A stretch of DNA of 14,869 nt from an uncultured Nitrososphaerales archaeon. GTDB lineage: Archaea > Thermoproteota > Nitrososphaeria > Nitrososphaerales > Nitrososphaeraceae. Each line of letters begins with the position of its first letter. The stretch's first letter is position 1. The position numbers and the translations under genes were made by a program. Positions 8,589 through 14,869 of this stretch are shown here, piece after piece. Under the pieces are notes generated by a model. It was not told the origin of the DNA and ran no database searches. It saw nothing but the letters and a program-made list of their open reading frames with translations. Where the stretch lies: NCBI GenBank assembly GCA_963709405.1, contig CAVPXM010000001.1:1-14869 (forward strand), given 5' to 3'.

Positions 8589-10007
8589 ATGCCTAGTGCT
8601 GATGTACCAGATAAACAAAGAGCTATAGTCTTTCAAGGTAGTGTGGCCCTTGGTGCTTTTGAGGCAGGGGTTTTTAAAAAATTGTATGAGATGATTAAAC
8701 AAAAAGATGGCAACTGGAAAAAAAGGATGTTTGATATAATTGCTGGCACTTCGGCGGGAGCTATAAATGCTGCAATATTAACAAGCCATGTAAAGCAGAA
8801 AAAGACGTGGGAAGGTTCAGCAGAAAAAATTGAACAATATTGGAAAGATCATTTATCTTCACCTACTCCGGCCATTACAAAACAGGGAGTATACTGGTGG
8901 GATGAACAATATCAATGGTGGGGAAAATACTATGATACCGTTACTACCAGCGGCATCGATAATCGTACTGTAGCATCTGAGGAAGCCGCAAGAAGATATT
9001 ATTCTACAAAGTATTTTTTTACATATGGTGTATCAACGGTATTTTCGCCGGCCATCCCATTTCCGGAATTAGATAGTAAATTCCTTGACAATAATCCATT
9101 GTTTCCGCCAGCAAATCTCTGGCTTCGCTATAGTAATAAGCCATTAAGAGAGAGTCTTGAACACATCGACCGAAATGGAAATAAATTTGTCAATTTTCCA
9201 TTAACCACAAATTATAATGATGGAGAGCCAAGATTTCTGGCAGTTAGTGTGGACGTACAACATGCTAAGGCAGTCACGTTTGATAGTTATTCAAGGAAAT
9301 CAACATTTCAAGCATATGATCCAGATACAGGAGATTACAAAGATCATATAGTTAGCTATGACAAAGGAATCATGCCAGAACATGTTATGGCAAGTGCTTC
9401 ATTTCCAGTATACTTTGACTATGAAGTAGTGGATGGACGGAAGTTCTGGGATGGTGGTATACTGAGTAATACACCTTTAAGGGAAGTTTTGCAAGCACAT
9501 CGCGATTATTGGCACAAGGACAGGAAAGTAGGAAAGGTTCCGGACCTAGATGTCTATATAGTAAATGTGTGGCCCTCTATCGAAAGTACCATTCCAACAG
9601 ACCATGATGGAGTTACAGACAGGAAGAATGACATTACACATAGTGACCAGACTGAATATGACCAGAAGGTTGCATTTTTTGTGGGTGATTATTACAATTT
9701 AGCCAATGAATTGATAGACTTGGCAAAAAGAAAAGGTGCTTCGACTGCAGAGATAGACGCAATATTATCAATACAAGCAAAGAGCATAAAACGCACTGGA
9801 ATTCGAAGAACTTACAATGACCTTGTAGAAGGCCGGTTTGATCTCCGAAAGGTAGTAACAATAGAACATAAAGACGATCCTGATAGCATTTCAAACAAGT
9901 GGGCTGATTATACGGAAGAGACAATTAATAAACTAATAAGCGATGGAGAAGAATTTGACAAGAAGGCAATAGTTAGGGTAATACCAACTCACCTCGAAAT
10001 CATCTGA
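8589..10007 (+). CDS. Patatin-like phospholipase family protein with a DUF3734-like C-terminal extension
   Basis: AGTSAG (GxSxG nucleophile), VMASASFP and WDGGILSNTPL (DGG catalytic Asp). The glycine-rich loop reads QGSVALGAFEAG. Confidence 0.93.
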   Translation: MPSADVPDKQRAIVFQGSVALGAFEAGVFKKLYEMIKQKDGNWKKRMFDIIAGTSAGAINAAILTSHVKQKKTWEGSAEKIEQYWKDHLSSPTPAITKQGVYWWDEQYQWWGKYYDTVTTSGIDNRTVASEEAARRYYSTKYFFTYGVSTVFSPAIPFPELDSKFLDNNPLFPPANLWLRYSNKPLRESLEHIDRNGNKFVNFPLTTNYNDGEPRFLAVSVDVQHAKAVTFDSYSRKSTFQAYDPDTGDYKDHIVSYDKGIMPEHVMASASFPVYFDYEVVDGRKFWDGGILSNTPLREVLQAHRDYWHKDRKVGKVPDLDVYIVNVWPSIESTIPTDHDGVTDRKNDITHSDQTEYDQKVAFFVGDYYNLANELIDLAKRKGASTAEIDAILSIQAKSIKRTGIRRTYNDLVEGRFDLRKVVTIEHKDDPDSISNKWADYTEETINKLISDGEEFDKKAIVRVIPTHLEII

Positions 10008-10384
10008 TATATGAGTTTTTGTAATATTTCAACCATCTTTGTATGCCATTTGCCAGGCACTCAAGAATTCACATACGTCGAGAGTGCGAAAGACACCGTT
10101 TACACAAATACTAATAATGAGATCATCAGTCAATTCCTCATTTATCTACGGGATCACATTTGGCCTGACTTCTATACTGACACTCTTTCTAACAGAAAAA
10201 CTGTCATTGGCGCGTCTAAACTAAATTGTCACCTTTGTTTGGAGGCATAGTGGTTAGTCAATCCTTTCTCCTTCTTTGTTCAAACCACTTAGGTCAACTT
10301 CAACAAATATTGATTCATCTTTCTTAGCTGCAACAATCCATCTTTTTAATTCTTCTTTCCAATTGATTTCATTTTCATCATCAA

Positions 10385-11143
10385 TTATTTGATCGTATGC
10401 ATGCTACATTTAGAACAGTACTTGTTTTCAAATGTGTTGACCAAACTACATCGTGGACAGTTATGAACAGATGGTTTTTTCTCTACCTCACTTTCTGTAA
10501 TAATCCCATTTTGAATAAGGATCTTTTGCTTTAGATCATTTCCCATCCTTCTTTTAATATACCTTGATCCTTGTTTTGAATTCATCGACCATCTTACTTT
10601 TTTCTTTAGCGCGTACTCGGGAAGAAAATCTGAATCTGAAGTGATTGCCGAATGTCTAATACAATATGGATTCCACCTTTTGGTATTAAGTAAAAAATCT
10701 AATTTCTTGCGCTCATTTTCTTCTATAATAGTTCCATTACGTAGTAAGCGCGCTATTCTTTTCTTTAACTGTTTCATAATAGTGCATAGAACATCAGGTT
10801 TTATTGGTGCACCGGTAACAAGATTACAGATCAGTCGAGCATCGCCTTCGTTTCTAAAAGGATGTTCATTGAGCCAATCACGAACATATGGGAAAGAGCA
10901 TGAAAGTTAAAATCTCATCACGTTCCCACAGTTCGGATTCTAAATAGGGACTAATACGTTTGGTTCGCTTCTCTTTGATTTGGACAAAACTGGAGTAGTC
11001 CAATCTGATGTTGGCAATGGCTCCAATCCCTTGGTTTCTGATTCCTTTTGATTGTAAAACCACCTGAAGAAATATTTTATACGCTGTAAGTAATCATTCC
11101 AAGTTCTAATCCATCTTTTGTCAGGATCGCTTTGAACATCCTT
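10385..11143 (-). pseudogene. Tyrosine recombinase/integrase remnant with a C-terminal zinc ribbon; frameshifted and internally deleted
   Basis: Pieces: DPDKRWIRTWNDYLQRIKYFFRWFYN...SDWTTP /fs/ KRISPYLESELWERDEILT /deletion ~10905/ CSFPYVRDWLNEHPF...WNPYCIRHSAIT...WSMNSKQGSRYI...CPRCSLVNTFENKYCSKCS. Box II (YxxRH) and the catalytic Tyr are retained; the box I Arg region is missing. Confidence 0.85.
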
Positions 11144-11611
11144 AGGTTACAATATAAGAGCTCTCGTATAGAGTCACCAGAACTTGCAAGAAAAGGTTAA
11201 AAACTAAATATCATTATTAAAATAAGGAATAGTGGTCTGAATTAGAAGCCAGGCTGACCCAGTCGTTTTAGAAGACTACTCGCTCAATTCTTCTAACTGT
11301 ACCGACAGGCATCGCTGCGTACTCGTGAATGATCGTACCAGCAGGATCAACTAACTGAAAAATCGCACCAGTAGTAGGAGGAGTCATGACAGCACCGCCA
11401 CTGAGAAAAATATCCGACAACATGTTACAGCCTGACGATGACAAGAATCCGTCGAAAAGGCGACAGAACCTTGGCAAGATATTATTTGACCAAAGCAAGA
11501 ATAAGAATCAAAAAATAAGCACACCCTTGGATTAGATTGCTGATGATGAAGCATACCTTGTAGTCAAAATCTGGTTTTTAAAAGTATAAGCAGTTCAGCA
11601 ATTTGCCGAAA

Positions 11612-11640
11612 CGTATATAGAAGCGTATATAACAAAGCGT
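11612..11640 (+). promoter_or_regulatory. TATA-box candidate within short direct repeats (CGTATATA x2, AAGCGT x2) upstream of the membrane protein gene
   Basis: CGTATATA at 11612 and 11624; AAGCGT at 11621 and 11635. TATATAA at 11626-11632 lies ~31-37 nt before the TTG start at 11663. Confidence 0.4.
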
Positions 11641-11662
11641 CGATTATACAACACAACAAGCA

Positions 11663-13048
11663 TTGGTAGTCACTACGAGTATCATTAGCAAAAAAACTTA
11701 TTTGATGACGTTTATTGCTTGGGCCATAATAATTACCGATGTAATCTTTGGCACCTTTCTTGACGCTTTGGGAAAGCCTCTTAATTCTTCTTTTGGTGTA
11801 ATATTGTTTATAGCAATGAGTATCACTGTATTTTTTGCAGGTCTGTATGCCCTTAGAGATTATATGGTTGCATTGCGCAAAGAACTTGAGGCTCCTTCGT
11901 TTTTTAATAGGCTGTACAAGGCAACACCTATTTTTCTTTATGCACTTTTAGTCATCTTTGGAGCTATCATTGTTGAAATGGTGTTATTTTCACATTATAG
12001 CACTTTCCTGCTGATTCTAATTCTCTTAATAAGTACAGTGGCCATCTTGTTCTTTGGTTTTCGCACTTACAAATTCTTGTCATGGTTCAAATCGAGTCTC
12101 AACAAACGACACAACATCATGATATTGGCATTTGCTGTATCATCGATGCTCCTTTGCATCAGCACGACAGTTGCTATTACACTTGATATAAAGGAATTAG
12201 TCGTTTCAAGACCACCTTCTATAGATCCAAATTTCAACTCTAGCAATTCTATGGCAAGCAGACACTTAACTAGTATAGAACTTATCATTCATCTTTATGG
12301 GTTTCTTGTCCCTCAAGTTACTGCCATTGCTATCGCAGAAACAGTTGCTGTTGCATTTTTCCTTCGTTATTTTAGGGATCAGATAGGAAGAGCAATATTT
12401 TGGACAATTATAATTTTACCACCTGTACTTTTTTTAACTGGGGTATTTGGTCCTCAATTTTTAAAGTCAACTGGAACTGTATTTGTATATGCCGATCCCA
12501 GGTTCCTTATCTTTAGGGTAATGGGTACCGCAGGATGGGTTCTAGCTGATTTTGTAATAGCTTATGCATATATTTTAGTAGCAAAAACTCTTCGACGGCA
12601 AATTACCTCTTCTCGTAAGATCATTAACTATTTGATTATAGCAGCATTTGCAACCATTTTAATTTCTCCAACGACCAATAACTGGATAACCAACAATTCT
12701 TATCCACCCTTTGGAGCAATCCAACGTGCCTTTGTTGTCCTTGCTTCTTTTCTCTTTAGCTTAGGAATATACTCTGTCGCGCTGTCAGTGGCCCAAGATG
12801 CAGAATTGCGTCATTTAGCCAGAAAATATGCAAAGGAGTATGCTCTGCTAGATACTTTAGGTAGTGCGCAAGAGAACGCAGAGATTATGGGAAAGGTTGT
12901 AAAACTAGTCCATAAACACGCAGATGCCATGGAAAAAGAAACAGCAATAGAATCTTCAATGTTAGATGTTAACGAAGTTAGACAATATTTAGAGTTGGTA
13001 ATTATGGAGACTAGAGGAAAAAAGGATGACAGAACAGTCGGCGCCTAG
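11663..13048 (+). CDS. Conserved multipass membrane protein (~10-11 TM) with a cytoplasmic helical C-terminus, function unknown
   Basis: 461-aa intact ORF with many hydrophobic segments. SYPPFG...GIYSVALSVAQDAELR...LLDTLGSAQ is recalled as the signature of an expanded Nitrososphaeraceae hypothetical family. Confidence 0.8.
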   Translation: MVVTTSIISKKTYLMTFIAWAIIITDVIFGTFLDALGKPLNSSFGVILFIAMSITVFFAGLYALRDYMVALRKELEAPSFFNRLYKATPIFLYALLVIFGAIIVEMVLFSHYSTFLLILILLISTVAILFFGFRTYKFLSWFKSSLNKRHNIMILAFAVSSMLLCISTTVAITLDIKELVVSRPPSIDPNFNSSNSMASRHLTSIELIIHLYGFLVPQVTAIAIAETVAVAFFLRYFRDQIGRAIFWTIIILPPVLFLTGVFGPQFLKSTGTVFVYADPRFLIFRVMGTAGWVLADFVIAYAYILVAKTLRRQITSSRKIINYLIIAAFATILISPTTNNWITNNSYPPFGAIQRAFVVLASFLFSLGIYSVALSVAQDAELRHLARKYAKEYALLDTLGSAQENAEIMGKVVKLVHKHADAMEKETAIESSMLDVNEVRQYLELVIMETRGKKDDRTVGA

Positions 13049-13063
13049 CTTTAAGCTTATTGG

Positions 13064-13321
13064 CTAATGCTTGACACAAAGAGGGATTTGATCATATTCC
13101 AAAAGAAGGGAGGAGGAGAAGAAGACCAGGAGTGAACAACTACCTGTCATAGACCGGTAGCCTCTTTCGAATAGATAGTCAGCTAATAAATTGAATCTAT
13201 TGTGAAGGTCTATTGATACTTTGGTGGAAATTACTTTATTTCGCCGGCGAACTATGCGGTCATTATCATCCTTAATTTGATTGTCAAGTGCAGCAGCCAA
13301 TAGTAAGTCTACCAAGATCAA
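13064..13321 (-). CDS. Possible RHH-like DNA-binding protein fragment
   Basis: RRRNKVISTKVSIDLHNRFNLLADYLFERG resembles an RHH strand plus helix A. The C-terminal part looks degenerate. Confidence 0.35.
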   Translation of the reverse strand: MILVDLLLAAALDNQIKDDNDRIVRRRNKVISTKVSIDLHNRFNLLADYLFERGYRSMTGSCSLLVFFSSSLLLEYDQIPLCVKH

Positions 13322-13690
13322 GACTATAAGTTTTTACAAAATTCAATTTAATATTCGTTTTATTGGTAGACCTCGTGATATACTTTTTAGTAATAGTGTT
13401 CAACAAGAGTACTTTACTACCTCGGTCGACCATGTTTACTATCGCTGTTACTCTAGTCTTTCTTCATTGGCAGCGTTCGGGCGAATAAATCGATAACTTG
13501 CCATTACTATAATGTTTAGGTAGACCGGCATAGACTGATGCGTGATAGACCAGATTGGTTCATGGGACTTGAGAGTACGATCTGCAACTTTGTACAGTAC
13601 CTCAGCTTATGCTTACCATAATAGCTATTATGGATGTACTAGTTTAGTTATCGTAAAAGGACACAATTAATAGGTGACTGGTAGACCAGG

Positions 13691-14075
13691 ATGTTGATAT
13701 TGCTTTTTGCATGAATTTGGGTATTGGCCTTTACTGCTTTGACATCTAGCTCTTTTGCACATGAATCAACTCAATAACGTTATAGTGATGGATACAATGC
13801 CGGACAAGACTACGCGGCTTACGATTATAGTAACTGCGATGGTTGTAACCACGGCTATGATACGGACTGCCCAAATGATAAAAAATACACTTATGAATTC
13901 TGTGATGGGTATTCACTAGGCTATACAACCAAATGGCACTCATTATGTGGTGATACCACGACGCAGCAGCAAACTCAGAGCCAGGCTCACGGCGACTCTA
14001 ACGTGCGCATTGATGGCAGCCAGAATAATGTGATAATCCCTAACAATACAAATCATTCATGCAGCCAATTCAGTA
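13691..14075 (+). pseudogene. Secreted Cys/Tyr-rich GYxxG-repeat protein remnant
   Basis: MLILLFA*IWVLAFTALTSSSFA(signal peptide)HESTQ*RYSDGYNAGQDYAAYDYSNCDGCNHGYDTDCPNDKKYTYEFCDGYSLGYTTKWHSLCGDTTTQQQTQSQAHGDSNVRIDGSQNNVII. Stops at 13712 and 13775; in frame with ORF 14003. The 3' end is approximate. Confidence 0.75.
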
Positions 14076-14490
14076 ATTGTGTCCGATTAAATCAGTATCA
14101 ATACCATCTATTCAAGCAGTCTGTGATTCGACCAGTGTTTTTGACCGTATGTCATGTTTTGACAGCAGGGGGCTTGGATATTATAAATCCTGTTATTGCC
14201 CAGATGACTATCACAGGCAAAAGATGAGTTTGTACTCCCACGAGCCCTATCAAGAGAGATGTTAGATTTACAACCATGCCGCCTTTGATAACACAATCAA
14301 AACGTTGCCCCCACATACCCCCGGCGGAGGCACGGTTTCGGCACTAGGTCCTGTAGACTCCCACAAGGACATCTGCCCATAGCAGACTCGCTTTTGTCGG
14401 GATCCTCTTCACAGTGAAAATGTTCCACGTGGAAATCAGACCCTCTGGGTGCCCTTTGCCGCTCGGGCGCGGGTTCGCCTGCCCACGCTC

Positions 14491-14699
14491 ACCAGTCTGG
14501 TCCCAGTGGAGTAGGAGCTTTCTTGGAATGTGGTGCTCGTGCACCAACTGGCGGATGCAGTCCATCATTCCATCAATGAACGCCTTGGCTGTAACTTCAT
14601 CATGTTCCGCCCCGCAACTGGTGATGACGCGGTTCGGTATGTGATTCGTCCTGTCAGGCGGCGGCACCAGCTCTCGTCAATAGTGAGTACGCGTTCTGC
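14491..14699 (-). mobile_element. Fragment of a pogo/Tc5/Tigger-type transposase (end of CENP-B-like HTH to start of DDE_1), eukaryote-like
   Basis: AERVLTIDESWCRRL/(fs ~14653)RTNHIPNRVITSCGAEHDEVTAKAFIDGMMDCIRQLVHEHHIPRKLLLHWDQTG matches the pogo layout SWxxRxxxR...RxxT...IPxxLxxNWDQTG. Hand-counted GC is 205/360 (57%) over 14341-14700. Confidence 0.65.
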
Positions 14700-14805
14700 C
14701 TACTTAATGATTATGCTAGCTTAGTATGTCAAACTGTGTTATACCTGCGGTAGGCTTATAAGGTGTATCGGCTAAAGCCTCAAATTAATATGACCCCTCC
14801 CAAAC

Positions 14806-14822
14806 AGTTCCCTTAGGGAACT
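14806..14822. repeat. Perfect 8-bp inverted repeat (AGTTCCCT-T-AGGGAACT), operator-like
   Basis: Read directly; immediately followed by AT-rich, TATA-like sequence. Confidence 0.5.
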
Positions 14823-14869
14823 ATATGCAATAAATATAAATTAACAAATGCACTATGTTTAAGTATAAT

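Noticed and set aside
6298-10007. Cyclase plus patatin as a CBASS/Pycsar-like signal-effector pair
   Set aside because: They are on opposite strands, ~1.8 kb apart and separated by two unrelated genes. The patatin looks like the long DUF3734-type family rather than CapV and has no cNMP-binding domain.
9634-10910. ORFs 9634-9924, 10011-10250, 10039-10224 and 10641-10910
   Set aside because: Two are antisense to the patatin or integrase; the others lack recognisable motifs.
11268-11498. 76-aa minus-strand ORF (…GAIFQLVDPAGTIIHEY…)
   Set aside because: Somewhat protein-like but not assignable, with a weak start; left unannotated.
13150-13689. CRISPR array or attC-type cassette array interpretation of the TAGACC repeats
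   Set aside because: The repeats are only 6-9 bp, mostly irregularly spaced and in mixed orientation. No cas genes are present and no long conserved repeat was seen.
13746-14296. ORFs 13746-13943, 14077-14265 and 14108-14296
   Set aside because: The first is the antisense shadow of the secreted pseudogene; the others have no recognisable domain.
171-14780. GGCTAAAGC present in inverted orientation near both window ends (171-179 and 14770-14778) as possible terminal inverted repeats
   Set aside because: Only 9 bp, expected by chance in 15 kb, and the match does not extend.

Overview
An AT-rich archaeal accessory region. The gene families (standalone receiver domain, patatin with DUF3734-like tail, DUF72, zinc-ribbon-tailed tyrosine recombinase, 'YPPFG' multipass membrane protein, GYxxG secreted protein) point to soil ammonia-oxidising archaea (Nitrososphaeraceae); this is inferred from recalled family signatures, not a search. 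Few genes look intact: a COG2085/F420-oxidoreductase-family protein, a patatin-like phospholipase, a multipass membrane protein, an RHH-like protein and an almost complete epoxide-hydrolase-type alpha/beta hydrolase. The rest is a mosaic of truncated or nonsense-bearing fragments, several invisible in the ORF track (REC domain, exported protein, DUF72, secreted GYxxG protein). Highlights: (1) four ORFs at 1778-4046 rejoin through three single-base frameshifts into one ~755-aa protein, with an 8-TM sensor-like domain carrying a His-rich loop fused to a Venus-flytrap ligand-binding domain; (2) a frameshifted, divergent class III nucleotidyl cyclase; (3) a ~400-bp, ~57% GC island encoding a eukaryote-type pogo/Tc5 transposase fragment with splice-site-like borders; (4) a local cluster of TAGAC(C) motifs. 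No rRNA, tRNA or CRISPR array was seen.
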